DNA of 64,000 nucleotides from Phycisphaerae bacterium (GCA_026386845.1 JAPLMW010000064.1:33427-97426); one strand, 5' to 3'. Shown: positions 1 through 9,332, numbered from the stretch's first letter. Notes: generated by a model not told the origin, from the sequence alone. Translations and numbers: made by a program.

Positions 1-341
1 TGCAGGACAAATACGGCCAGATACTCGATACCGAATCTATCTCGGCAGGCCTGGATTATCCCGGCGTAGGGCCTGAACACTGTCTGCTCAAAGACACTAA
101 AAGAGCTCAGTATTTCGCAGTTGAAGACAGGGACGTGCTCGATGTTTTTGATATCTTTACAAAGTGTGAAGGTATTCTGCCGGCGCTGGAAAGCACTCAC
201 GCCCTTGCCTGGGTTTACAGCCAAAAGGATAAAATGCCCGCCGATACCATAGTTGTTGTCAACCTCTCCGGCAGAGGCGACAAAGATGTCGATATAGTCG
301 AAAGAAACAGGAATCCCGCACCTTCTAAACATTCATCCTAA
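1..341 (+). CDS. trpB: tryptophan synthase beta subunit, C-terminal portion (5' end outside window)
   Basis: Frame 3 is open from base 3. The translation QDKYGQILDTESISAGLDYPGVGPEH...EGILPALESTHALAW...NLSGRGDKDV carries conserved TrpB C-terminal motifs. The gene lies directly upstream of trpA. Confidence 0.9.
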   Translation, partial: QDKYGQILDTESISAGLDYPGVGPEHCLLKDTKRAQYFAVEDRDVLDVFDIFTKCEGILPALESTHALAWVYSQKDKMPADTIVVVNLSGRGDKDVDIVERNRNPAPSKHSS

Positions 342-424
342 ATTTTTTAAAGGTGTAGGATAAAAAATCGTAAAAATAATAATTAAAACAGATTCAAAAA
401 AATTGAATAAAAAGAAGGTGCGGG

Positions 425-1216
425 ATGAAAACATATAAACAAACTTTTGCTGAACTTAAACGTGCCGCCTTGATTCCATTTTTTGTCATTGGCGACCCTG
501 ATTTTGATACAAGTCTCGAAATTATAAAAGCCGCAATCGACGCGGGCGCAGACATACTCGAACTTGGCATACCATTCTCCGACCCGATTGCTGATGGTCC
601 TGTTATTCAAAAAGCAGACATAAGGGCATTAGCCGCTGGTATGGATATCGAAAAGGCAAAAGACTTCATCGCAAAAATTAAGTCTTACAGGGATATTCCT
701 ATCGGCCTTTTGATGTATTACAACCTTATTTTTCAATACGGTATTGAAAAGTTTTTCGCCGATTTCGCAAAAGCCGGCGTAAACAGCGTTCTTGTCGCCG
801 ATTTAAGTATTGACGATGTCGATGAGATTTATACTCCTGCCCGAAAAGCGGGTCTTGATACGGTTTTTATGGTAACGCCTAATACCGAAACCGACCGCGC
901 AAAAAAAATTGCTTCAAAATGCACAGGCTTTATTTATACAGTCTCGCTGCTTGGCGTAACCGGCGGAAGAGAAACTCTCTCGGATATGGTAAAACCTCTG
1001 ATAGCGAAGTTGAAATCAATTACGGATGTTCCCGTTTGCGTGGGCTTTGGCGTAAGCAAACCGCAGCACGCTGTCGAGCTTGCAAAAGCCGGCGCCGACG
1101 GCGTAATCATCGGCTCAAGAATTGTAAAAATTATAGAAGATAATCTAAGCGACAAAAAATCAATACCCGCAAAAGTATCAGAATTTCTGGCTGATGTGAA
1201 AAAACAACTCGGTTAG
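425..1216 (+). CDS. trpA: tryptophan synthase alpha subunit
   Basis: 263 aa. FFVIGDPDFDTSLEIIKAAIDAGADILELGIPFSDPIADGPVIQ and GFGVSKPQHA match TrpA motifs. It follows trpB. Confidence 0.92.
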   Translation: MKTYKQTFAELKRAALIPFFVIGDPDFDTSLEIIKAAIDAGADILELGIPFSDPIADGPVIQKADIRALAAGMDIEKAKDFIAKIKSYRDIPIGLLMYYNLIFQYGIEKFFADFAKAGVNSVLVADLSIDDVDEIYTPARKAGLDTVFMVTPNTETDRAKKIASKCTGFIYTVSLLGVTGGRETLSDMVKPLIAKLKSITDVPVCVGFGVSKPQHAVELAKAGADGVIIGSRIVKIIEDNLSDKKSIPAKVSEFLADVKKQLG

Positions 1217-3249
1217 CTATGGATAAGCAGATACGCTCTCAACAGTTCCGCTACACTCCAGGCCTGTGCGAATGCTCCGCGACTTTTGTGAGGTTCATCG
1301 CCGTCAAAAATCTCGCTCACAGAACCTACGCAGCCGTCATTTTTGAAATGTCTCAAAAGCGGCTTTAGCATCAGCAGGCTTTGTTTCCTGCTCGGCTTGC
1401 TGAAATCATTTACTTTCAGATACGCCTCGATAAAAGCTCCCATCAGCCACGGCCAGACCGTCCCCTGGTGATAAGCGATGTCTCTTTGCCGCACGTCTCC
1501 TTCATATCTGCCTTTATATCGGCTGTCTTTTGGCGACAGCGTTCGCAGGCCGAAAGGCGTTAAAAGTTCTTTTTCCACGCAGTCAACTACCGCCTTTTGC
1601 TGCTGGGCGTTTAACGGCGAAAACGGAAGTGAAACAGCGAATATCTGATTCGGCCTGATACTGGCGTCTTTGAAATCGCCTGTTACGCAGTCATAAAGAT
1701 ATTGTCCCTTTTCATACCAGAAACACGTGCGGAAACTGTTTGCTATGCGGTCGGCCATTTCACTGAATTGCCTGCCGTTAACCACGTCCTTGGCGCGGTA
1801 AAACTCGGCGCAATTGCATATCGCGTTGTACCACAGGGCGTTTACCTCAACCACTTTGCCGAATCTGGGCGTAACAGGAGTATCGTCGATTTTTGAATCC
1901 ATCCACGTAAGCTGCGTCTGTGCCGAGCCGCCGGTTATAAGGCCGTCGTTGTCCATCTTTATGCCGAATTTCGCGCCTTTGCAGTAGGAATCTATTATCC
2001 AGCGAACCACGGGCATCAGTCTTGATGAAAATGTCCTGACATCGCCGCTTGCCTTGTAGTATTTGAATGCCGCGTGGATAAACCACAGCGATGAATCTAT
2101 ACTGTTAAATTGCGCCCCGCTGTTTCCTTCGCCGAAACAGTTAGGTATCATACCCTCATCGGCGTGATACGAAAAGTTAAGCAGCACCGATGCCGCATCT
2201 TCATATCTGCCGCTGCACAGCAAGAGCCCTTCAAAAGCGATAAAAGCATCTCTGCCCCAGTCCATAAACCACGGAAATCCCGCGAGAATGGATTTGGTTT
2301 TTGCCCTCTCCGCATGCCTGTCGATAACAAATTCGTCGCTGCTGACCGCCAGGCTTTGTGTTATATGGTCTTTGCTCTTCAAGCCGCTTAAGAGTTGTTT
2401 TTGCCGAAGTTTAATATCATCGACAATCACATCAACATCGAGAGCCGTCATCTTCTGCGGCAAAGCCGGCGTGCCGAACCCTGCCCAGAAAACAATTCTT
2501 AAACGACCGTCTATTGTTCTTCTGAAAACCCCGGGCGAAAATAAATCTTCCTTATAATCGTAGCCTCGCTGCTTTTCCTGCCGGTAGGAAAAATTATTCC
2601 ACCATTGCTTCTCTTCGACAAAGGCCATTTCTTCGCTCGAAAGAAAAAGCTGCCCCTGCTGATACCTGCTCCTTACGGCAAGGAACTCGTCGAACCATTC
2701 GAGAAAAAATTCATCGCTCGCCCTTTTAAGGCTGTGATAATCTCTCATCGCGACAAGCGGTCTTATAGTAAATTCAAATTCTTCCTCGATACCCGTAAAA
2801 TCGTAGCAGATTGCGACAATATCCGATTCAGGCAGCAGATAGATGCTCTTTGTCAGATTAAAACTTTCCGTTGAATATTCAAAATGAACCCCGGCATCTT
2901 TGCTGAAACTTACCGGCAGCGGCTCAAGCAGCTCAGACGACGGCGGCTCGAATTCAAAATGGCTCAGATTGTAGCTGTGTTTAGGAGTATGAATCGTTTC
3001 AGCGCACGCGGATAAAGCGACTGTTCTCTGGGCAGGCGGGGTTAACGAACCGATAAGCAGCGCGTGATATCGGCGTGTATTGCAGCCGGCTGCAGTGCCG
3101 CATGAAAAACTGCCGCGCTTATTTGAAAGAAGCCATTCGGTCTCTACTAATTGTTCATATTTGCTCAAGCCGCCAGGCTTTTGTTTTACCTTGTCGACTA
3201 CTTCCGCTATTTGAAGCACTTTTGCCTTCCCTGCAAAATCAATTGTCAA
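1213..3249 (-). CDS. glycogen debranching enzyme family protein (amylo-alpha-1,6-glucosidase type)
   Basis: 678 aa. GFPWFMDWGRDAFIAFEGL and YHQGTVWPWLMGAFIEAY resemble the GDE_C (alpha/alpha)6 barrel. It is co-oriented with GH57 and glycogen-synthase-like genes. Confidence 0.75.
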   Translation of the reverse strand: MTIDFAGKAKVLQIAEVVDKVKQKPGGLSKYEQLVETEWLLSNKRGSFSCGTAAGCNTRRYHALLIGSLTPPAQRTVALSACAETIHTPKHSYNLSHFEFEPPSSELLEPLPVSFSKDAGVHFEYSTESFNLTKSIYLLPESDIVAICYDFTGIEEEFEFTIRPLVAMRDYHSLKRASDEFFLEWFDEFLAVRSRYQQGQLFLSSEEMAFVEEKQWWNNFSYRQEKQRGYDYKEDLFSPGVFRRTIDGRLRIVFWAGFGTPALPQKMTALDVDVIVDDIKLRQKQLLSGLKSKDHITQSLAVSSDEFVIDRHAERAKTKSILAGFPWFMDWGRDAFIAFEGLLLCSGRYEDAASVLLNFSYHADEGMIPNCFGEGNSGAQFNSIDSSLWFIHAAFKYYKASGDVRTFSSRLMPVVRWIIDSYCKGAKFGIKMDNDGLITGGSAQTQLTWMDSKIDDTPVTPRFGKVVEVNALWYNAICNCAEFYRAKDVVNGRQFSEMADRIANSFRTCFWYEKGQYLYDCVTGDFKDASIRPNQIFAVSLPFSPLNAQQQKAVVDCVEKELLTPFGLRTLSPKDSRYKGRYEGDVRQRDIAYHQGTVWPWLMGAFIEAYLKVNDFSKPSRKQSLLMLKPLLRHFKNDGCVGSVSEIFDGDEPHKSRGAFAQAWSVAELLRAYLLIHS

Positions 3250-3253
3250 AAAT

Positions 3254-4465
3254 TTATCCGCCCGTAACTGCTGTATTAGTTTTTAATCTTGCTTTATATC
3301 TCTTTTCAAGGTTGCCCATAACGTTCATAAAATTGATATATGAATCATAAGGTGAATCATAAGGATTAAAATACTTATGGACATCGCCGTCGGCGAAATA
3401 TTTGGTGCACATATAATAAAAATGGTCGCTCGTCTGCAGTTTTCGCCAGTCGGTCAGTATCGCTGAATCGCCCGTCAGCTTGACTTGCTGCTCCATACGG
3501 TAAAGCTCGTGCAAAGCGCTGGACTGCAGCGGATTGCCCAGCCACGCTGAAAGGTCGCGCTCGGTATCGGCCCAGCTTATTACATTAGGCACGTCGAGAA
3601 TATCTGTCGCAGGATAAGATGCGATAACTTCGCTCGGCGTCTTGAAATTATTGTCGGGATGTTTCATAATCTCGCCCGGCAGATGACGCATAAAGTCAAA
3701 TATGCCTGTATCCTCCCACTGGTGTTCGCCGAAGGTTTCATAATCCATAAACAGGTTAACGTTATATCCATTGCCGTTGACTTTGTTTACCCAGTCGCTG
3801 AACTTGTATGCCATCAGCGGCCATTCGCACCAGTCTCTGTTGGAAAAGCGAAACGCTATATCGTCGCTTAACGTGTAATTCTTCAGCAGCAATTTGATTC
3901 TGCTGCTCCGCGGGGACGTATAAATAAAGTTGGGGCTTCGTCCGCCGAGTATCTTGTCGGCGCCTTCGGTCAAAATCCCGTCGAATATGCCCATCGACTC
4001 TATCACATCCACAAGGTCGTTGCTGTAGATAAGTTCCGTATTGCGGAAAACCTTCGGCCGAACACCGAACAGCCTTTCTATTGTCTCAATATGCTTGTAA
4101 ATCTGCTCTTTGAACTCGTTGCGGGAATAGAGGAAGCTCAGGCTGTGATAGTAGGTCTCTGCCAGAAATTCCACACAGCCGGTTTGTGCCAGCGCATCGA
4201 AGGTGCTCATGACCTCCGGTGCGTATTCTGCTAATTGTTCCAGCAATACGCCCGTTATGCTGTAGGCGACTTTGAATTTGCCGTTATTCTGCCTTATCAA
4301 ATCCAGTATCAGCCTGTTTGCCGGCAGGTAACATTTGTTTGCGACCTTGCGGCAGATTGACTTGTTCTTGGAATCATCGAAATATTTGTGGTCTTTGTCA
4401 AAAACCGTGTAATGTCTAAGCCTGCAAGGCTGATGAACCTGAAAGTAAAAACAAACAGAGGGCAT
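3254..4465 (-). CDS. glycoside hydrolase family 57 protein (alpha-glucan processing)
   Basis: 403 aa. The N-terminus CFYFQVHQPCRL and FMDYETFGEHQWE are typical of GH57 enzymes. It is the middle gene of the glycogen operon. Confidence 0.8.
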   Translation of the reverse strand: MPSVCFYFQVHQPCRLRHYTVFDKDHKYFDDSKNKSICRKVANKCYLPANRLILDLIRQNNGKFKVAYSITGVLLEQLAEYAPEVMSTFDALAQTGCVEFLAETYYHSLSFLYSRNEFKEQIYKHIETIERLFGVRPKVFRNTELIYSNDLVDVIESMGIFDGILTEGADKILGGRSPNFIYTSPRSSRIKLLLKNYTLSDDIAFRFSNRDWCEWPLMAYKFSDWVNKVNGNGYNVNLFMDYETFGEHQWEDTGIFDFMRHLPGEIMKHPDNNFKTPSEVIASYPATDILDVPNVISWADTERDLSAWLGNPLQSSALHELYRMEQQVKLTGDSAILTDWRKLQTSDHFYYMCTKYFADGDVHKYFNPYDSPYDSYINFMNVMGNLEKRYKARLKTNTAVTGG

Positions 4466-4502
4466 AAGTCAATCCTTTGAATAATCTTCCGGCTAAATAA
4501 TC

Positions 4503-5819
4503 TTAAACGCAAACTGTCGAAGCTGACAATTGATTATATATCTGCATACATTTCTGGGCGGCATCGTCCCATTTAAGTTTTCTTACTTCATAATTGCCGT
4601 GTTCTCTTAAAGCCATCTGCAGAGGCGGATATTTTAATACCGCCACAATCTTATTGGCTATCTCGTTTACATCCCAGAAGTCCGCCTTCAAAACATGGGT
4701 AAGCACTTCCGAAACGCCGCTTTGTCTGCTTATAAGAACAGGCACATCGTTATTAAGCGCTTCGAGCGGCGCTATTCCGAAAGGTTCGGACACACTTGTC
4801 ATAACATACAAATCCGCCATTTCATAAACCTTGCGGACGTCTTCGCCTCGCAGGAAACCTGTAAACAGAACCTTGCTGCCGATTCCGAGATTGGCGGCAA
4901 GCTCTACCGCCTTTCGCATCATATCGCCGGACCCTGCCATTACGAATTTGACGTTGTCCATTACTTCGAGCACTTTTTTCGCTGCGCCGAGGAAGTATTC
5001 CGGCCCCTTTTGCATCGTGATTCTGCCGAGGAACAGCACTATCTTCTCGTCTTTATTTATGCCTATCCTGTTGAAGCTAAGGCCGTTACCGTTTCTTTCG
5101 ACGCCATTGTAAACAACTTCTACTTTGTCGCCGGTTATGCCATATCGGCTGATTATTATATTTCTGGTCAGGAAGCTGACTGCGATTATTTTGTCGGCAG
5201 CGTGCATTCCCGCCCGTTCGATATCGTAAATCATTTGGTTGACATTTTCTCCGCTGCGGTCAAATTCGGTCGAATGAATATGAACAATAAGAGGCTTTCC
5301 GGTAACCGCGGCAACAGCCATACCTGCCGGGAAGGTCATCCAGTCGTGGGCGTGAATCACGTCAAAATCTTCCTGCAGCGCCAATTTAACCGATGAGGCG
5401 GCATATCTGTGAACTTCCGTGTACATATCGCCCGCATAATGAGCCAGCGAGTCAAGACAGTTTGTCTCAACGGCTTTGCCTGCACCGCAGCGTTGCTGTT
5501 TAGCTCGTATCATAGCCTCTATCTCACGCCGATAAGCTTCGTTGCTCGCGTAAGGTTTCAGCGGAGAATCTATGGCCTTGAATTTTATATTTTTAAGATT
5601 GCGTTCGTATTCCACCAAGTTGATATCGCTGTCGTTTATATCTGCAGGCGTGCGCATCTGAACATGGGTAGAATGGGACCCCATGCTGATGGACCGAGGC
5701 AATACGAAAGTTACCTCAAGCCCCATCTTGCTCAGCGCCTTCGTCAGACCGTAGCACGCTGTGCCAAGACCGCCGCTAATGAATGGCGGAAATTCCCATC
5801 CTAACATAAATACTTTCAC
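4503..5819 (-). CDS. GT-B glycosyltransferase, glycogen-synthase-like
   Basis: 438 aa. The start MKVFMLGWEFPPFISGGLGTAC and the C-terminal SEPFGIAPLEAL (E-x7-E region) are typical of GT4/GT5 glucan synthases. Confidence 0.7.
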   Translation of the reverse strand: MKVFMLGWEFPPFISGGLGTACYGLTKALSKMGLEVTFVLPRSISMGSHSTHVQMRTPADINDSDINLVEYERNLKNIKFKAIDSPLKPYASNEAYRREIEAMIRAKQQRCGAGKAVETNCLDSLAHYAGDMYTEVHRYAASSVKLALQEDFDVIHAHDWMTFPAGMAVAAVTGKPLIVHIHSTEFDRSGENVNQMIYDIERAGMHAADKIIAVSFLTRNIIISRYGITGDKVEVVYNGVERNGNGLSFNRIGINKDEKIVLFLGRITMQKGPEYFLGAAKKVLEVMDNVKFVMAGSGDMMRKAVELAANLGIGSKVLFTGFLRGEDVRKVYEMADLYVMTSVSEPFGIAPLEALNNDVPVLISRQSGVSEVLTHVLKADFWDVNEIANKIVAVLKYPPLQMALREHGNYEVRKLKWDDAAQKCMQIYNQLSASTVCV

Positions 5820-6043
5820 GACCCCCGTGCCTCCAAAAAAACTCTATTCTTCAAGGATATAATCGGTCTTTTAACAATCTGGGTTTAGTAAATTGTTCCC
5901 ATAAAATCAGATTTTCAGTATCTTTATGGCATTTTTATGGCACCCCTTCAGTTTATAGGACCTACAGACTGCCTAACCACAAAAAAAGACAAAAATGCCG
6001 TTAAAAAACATCGAAATGAATAAAATACGTTAAGTTCCCCTGC

Positions 6044-6077
6044 AAAAAAACCGACCTCTGCTCTTTGCGCAGAGGTC
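6044..6077 (-). terminator. intrinsic terminator (minus strand)
   Basis: A 9-bp perfect stem GACCTCTGC/GCAGAGGTC is followed on the minus strand by a T7 run. It lies about 215 nt downstream of the stop of the histone-fold gene. Confidence 0.6.
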
Positions 6078-6290
6078 AGTTTCACAGTTCTACTCAACAT
6101 AGAATTCAAGCATTTGAACATCAAACCACTCCGATTCTTCAGGCAAACCCGATTCATCAGGGGTTAATTGTTCCACTACTCACATATTCACCCGCTCTAT
6201 TTTTGTCCCCTCTGCTTCTTGCCAGCCCCCACGCTTTCTTGCGAAAGCAAGAGTGGAGGCAGCGGGCGAAGCATAGAGAGGGGGTAAATA

Positions 6291-6488
6291 TTACAGGTCT
6301 TGCGGTTTTAGTGTGCTTCTCCGGTTGGCCTTTGTGCGTTCACAGGCGCCATCGATAATGCAATAAACCTTATTGCTCAGCGCACCAATAGCATCTGCCG
6401 AGGTCATCATCTTTTTGGCCCTGACGTATGCTTTGACTTTGCTTGCCACTACCAGACACTCTTTCCCTTTTGTTGCTTTCTTTGCCAT
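6291..6488 (-). CDS. bacterial histone-fold protein (DUF1931-type singlet histone)
   Basis: 65 aa. The pattern ...LVVASKVKAYVRAKKMMTSADAIGALSNKVYCIIDGACERTKANRRSTLKPQDL matches my memory of DUF1931/Bdellovibrio-type histones (LVV-SKVK, ts-da, L, A-A-R-T-DL). It has a basic N-terminal tail. Not database-verified. Confidence 0.55.
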   Translation of the reverse strand: MAKKATKGKECLVVASKVKAYVRAKKMMTSADAIGALSNKVYCIIDGACERTKANRRSTLKPQDL

Positions 6489-6788
6489 GTTAATAATCCT
6501 CCATGCAAAAAAAAATAAGGATTCCTTTTTTATCGGCCCTTTCCGTTAAAGCCGACTTACGCCGCTTATTTTGCAGCCTTATCAGACCTTTTGCAACAAA
6601 AAAATATGCCAAAAATGCAGAATTTTATGCTCAATAGACCGTCCGGCACGTTTTTGCGGTTATTTGACCCCCCTTTTCTGCCGAAATTGGTAAGGAATGC
6701 TCTTATAGTGGTGAGCCTGCTTGTCCTGAGTAAGGTCGAAGGGTCGAATCCAATAGTGATGACTTTAGTGGTACTGGGAGTCAGAAAA

Positions 6789-7130
6789 ATGAAGGGACAA
6801 AATGACAACTCGAAATCCGCTCTGCACGACTATGTAACAGTAGCCGTTGCTGAGGACATAGACCTGGCAAATGAATACAGGGACGTATTGGCCAAAAACG
6901 ACATCCCTGCTGTAACCGCCGCTCAGAGAAGCCGTTCTGCAATGACCTCGGCGATTGCCGTGATGGTCCCGGAAAATTTTCTTGAGCAGGCTCAGGAGAT
7001 TATTGAATACCATCAGGAATTCGACCATTTTATAGATGATGCGTTCAATGACCCCGACTCCTGGCAGGATGAGCCGGATATGGAATACTTCGATGAGAAG
7101 GAAGATTCAGACGAAGAAGAAAACATTTAA
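6789..7130 (+). CDS. hypothetical protein with acidic C-terminal tail
   Basis: The ORF-track ORF is 6591-7130. The internal ATG at 6789 is preceded by GGGAG, and the upstream part runs through a dispersed repeat, so the shorter start is preferred. The C-terminus is very acidic (DEKEDSDEEENI). Confidence 0.45.
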   Translation: MKGQNDNSKSALHDYVTVAVAEDIDLANEYRDVLAKNDIPAVTAAQRSRSAMTSAIAVMVPENFLEQAQEIIEYHQEFDHFIDDAFNDPDSWQDEPDMEYFDEKEDSDEEENI

Positions 7131-7144
7131 GACTATTTATTAAG

Positions 7145-7498
7145 GTGATGAACGTGGACGAATCTTATCAATCGCATACGGACAATTGCTTTTCGGAAAA
7201 ACGGCAGGAATCGGCAAACAGACGCAGCAAAGACAGGAGAAGCGAAGCTGTTGACAGAAGGCTCGGCCTTGACCGTCGCAGGGGACCGGGCAAAAGACGC
7301 TCGGACGACAGGAAAGCCGCCGAAGAAGGCCAGATGACCGATGAGCAGTTCGAGTTTATTATGGCTGTTGACCAGTATAAAAAACTGAATAACAGGCCCT
7401 TCCCGACCTGGACCGAAGTTTTGGAAATCATAAAGGCTCTTGGCTATCGAAAGGTTGCCCAGCCTTCTGCTCTCCAGCAGGCCCCGACGGCTCATTAA
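7145..7498 (+). CDS. hypothetical Arg-rich protein with conserved-looking C-terminal domain
   Basis: 117 aa. It has an N-terminal R/D-rich low-complexity region (RRSKDRRSEAVDRRLGLDRRRGPGKRRSDDRK). The C-terminal part MTDEQFEFIMAVDQYKKLNNRPFPTWTEVLEIIKALGYRK looks like a globular domain. The opposite-strand ORF 7133-7495 was judged spurious. Confidence 0.5.
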   Translation: MMNVDESYQSHTDNCFSEKRQESANRRSKDRRSEAVDRRLGLDRRRGPGKRRSDDRKAAEEGQMTDEQFEFIMAVDQYKKLNNRPFPTWTEVLEIIKALGYRKVAQPSALQQAPTAH

Positions 7499-8411
7499 CC
7501 ATAGGCCTCTGTTGTTCCTGACGAAATGGATTCTTCCTGTCCATCAGCAGCACAACCTTTCCGCAGAGCCGCTCGTTTAATTTCTCCTTGAGAATCCTTT
7601 TCGCTTCCACAATGCCTGTCCGCTGACTTAAATGCGTAACGACAATGTATTGGTTGTCAAGTTCGTCGAGCATTCTTAAAAATTCACCCATATACATATG
7701 CGCCCCCGCCAGCGCCCTTTCGATATGCTCGTCATCCATAAAAGTGCACTCGGCAATCAGAATCTTGCTCTTCGCGACAAAATCTATTTTCCCAAAATTA
7801 GAATACTGCGTATCGCCTAAATACGTCACTATCGGCACTTCGACAGGATAGTCGATTGTTATATTTTTCTTTTTCAGCGCGACAATCTCGCCGCCGTTCA
7901 GTCCTGCGTATTCATCTTTTAGTTTTTTCTTTGTTTCAAGAACGCAAAACCCCAGCGACCCCCTGCAGTGCCGCGTCGCGAAGGCCCTTATAACAAGGTT
8001 CGGCTTGATTTTATACTCATCGCCTGCCCGCATCCCGATAAGCTCTGCCGGTATTTTGTTGCCGTCCAGCCTGCCCCATGCGTCTATTACTTCCCGTATC
8101 GGAAGTATCATATTTTCCGGCGCAAACACCCTGCCCGGCCTTTGTCCGCAGAATTTCCTGTGCGAAAGGTAATATGCGATTCCCGCCGAGTGGTCCATAT
8201 GCCCGTGCGTCAGCAGAACGTTGTTTATACTGATAATCTGGTCGGGAGCCTTGCCGATATCGAAGCAGACATCAAGCTGCGGCATCGCTACGACCGTTTC
8301 TTCGCCTGCTACCGAATAGCCGATTATATCAAGGTCTTCTATCTTTATTTTCGCTAAATTATGACTCGCCATAGTAAATTGAATTTTACCACAAACAACA
8401 CTGCTTGACAC
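7428..8411 (-). CDS. MBL-fold metallo-hydrolase (RNase Z/beta-lactamase superfamily)
   Basis: 327 aa with the motif LLTHGHMDHSAG (HxHxDH). The likely true start is MASHNL at 8372. The 3' end overlaps the convergent gene by 71 nt. Confidence 0.75.
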   Translation of the reverse strand: MSSSVVCGKIQFTMASHNLAKIKIEDLDIIGYSVAGEETVVAMPQLDVCFDIGKAPDQIISINNVLLTHGHMDHSAGIAYYLSHRKFCGQRPGRVFAPENMILPIREVIDAWGRLDGNKIPAELIGMRAGDEYKIKPNLVIRAFATRHCRGSLGFCVLETKKKLKDEYAGLNGGEIVALKKKNITIDYPVEVPIVTYLGDTQYSNFGKIDFVAKSKILIAECTFMDDEHIERALAGAHMYMGEFLRMLDELDNQYIVVTHLSQRTGIVEAKRILKEKLNERLCGKVVLLMDRKNPFRQEQQRPMVNEPSGPAGEQKAGQPFDSQEPL

Positions 8412-8474
8412 TTATTATTTATATTTAGACAATGCAACAGAGCCGCGACAGTTATGGAGCGGTATTTTAACATC

Positions 8475-8500
8475 GTTTAGCCGTCGCCGGCACGGCGACG
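8475..8500 (+). repeat. TTAGC-plus-hairpin element
   Basis: GTTTAGC is followed by an 8-bp stem CGTCGCCG/CGGCGACG with a GCA loop. It shares the TTAGC leader with elements at 9215, 9251, 9678, 11761 and with the RAYT-flanking REPs. Confidence 0.6.
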
Positions 8501-8540
8501 TTATTCTCTCAAATTTTAAATTTTCAATCTTCAATGCTTT

Positions 8541-9179
8541 TCACTTTCCCTTATATTTCTTCAAATCTTCTTCTAACAGATAACTTCTGAACGGCTCATT
8601 CCTGAAACACGGAAAATTCAGAGGCGCGTAATCTTCTTCTCCCGCCGCCAGTACAAATTTATCACGCGCAAAAGCCGCGATGATTCGGTTCTCCGGACTG
8701 TCCGGCAGATGAAATGACAATCTCTTGCCGTTGCTCTTGTTGAATTGTGCTATGCAGTAGTATATCCCTCTTTGGCGGCGAACGCATACGCCGATATATC
8801 CTGAAGTATTTTTGCATTTTTTATTTAAGGCGTTTTGTCTGACGTTCACGATACGCAAATTTTTTCTGCGGTTGTCCAAAGGGTTTCTGTTTTTATGGTC
8901 AACTATATCGCCTTCTTTAGCGTTCATTATAAAACGCGAAAGCGTAATGCATTTGACAGGTCTCTTTTTGCCCGGCCTTGCGGCTTTGGTGCGGTTTTCG
9001 AAGATAATTTGCGGATAGCCTGCCGAAGAAATTCGTACTGCGGTGATATCACCGTTATATTTTTTGTAAGGCAGCTCGTGTTGGGTGCTTATAATTTTAT
9101 AATAAATGTCCGGGTCAAGTTTTATCAGTCGTCCTCTGATTTTAAGCATCAGGTAGTTAATTTTGCATTTTGTCGCCAT
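8541..9179 (-). CDS. HNH endonuclease with AP2 DNA-binding domain (free-standing homing-endonuclease-like)
   Basis: 212 aa. IVDHKNRNPLDNRRKNLRIV is an HNH_3-type motif. SGYIGVCVRRQRGIYYCIAQFNKSNGKRLSFHL...AAFARDKFVL is AP2-like. Confidence 0.75.
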   Translation of the reverse strand: MATKCKINYLMLKIRGRLIKLDPDIYYKIISTQHELPYKKYNGDITAVRISSAGYPQIIFENRTKAARPGKKRPVKCITLSRFIMNAKEGDIVDHKNRNPLDNRRKNLRIVNVRQNALNKKCKNTSGYIGVCVRRQRGIYYCIAQFNKSNGKRLSFHLPDSPENRIIAAFARDKFVLAAGEEDYAPLNFPCFRNEPFRSYLLEEDLKKYKGK

Positions 9180-9214
9180 ATTAATCTCCTTGTAAATTTA
9201 ATTTGATAATTCGT

Positions 9215-9249
9215 GTTTAGCCCCCAGTTTTACTGGGGGTTTTCTTTTC
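9215..9249 (+). repeat. TTAGC-plus-hairpin element (terminator-like)
   Basis: GTTTAGC, then the stem CCCCCAGT/ACTGGGGG with a TTT loop, then TTTTCTTTTC. Confidence 0.6.
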
Positions 9250-9250
9250 G

Positions 9251-9332
9251 GGTTAGCCCTGCCATTATTTATCCTGAGCGTAGTCGAAGGACTATGGCAG
9301 GGTCAGAGCCCCAAGCGTTAGCGCGGGGTAAT
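9251..9332 (+). repeat. composite intergenic repeat: GGTTAGCCCTGCCAT hairpin with nested CCTGAGCGTAGTCGAAGGA unit, then CAGAGCCCCAAGCGTTAGCGCGGGGT unit
   Basis: The stem CCCTGCCAT (9257-9265) pairs with ATGGCAGGG (9294-9302). The same modules recur at 11733-11815 and 11917-11945 in the same orientation. Confidence 0.8.

Noticed and set aside
4695-5396. 233-aa plus-strand ORF
   Set aside because: It lies antisense to the glycogen-synthase-like gene, whose motifs are convincing.
5820-6043. Possible ncRNA or riboswitch in the gap upstream of the glycogen operon, and ORFs 5948-6157 and 6065-6358
   Set aside because: I could identify no conserved riboswitch core or convincing structure. The ORFs overlap a terminator hairpin and lack coding features.
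6723-6760. tRNA-like T-arm sequence GGGTCGAATCC
   Set aside because: No acceptor, D or anticodon arms can be folded around it. It is part of a CCTGAG..TCGAAGG dispersed repeat.
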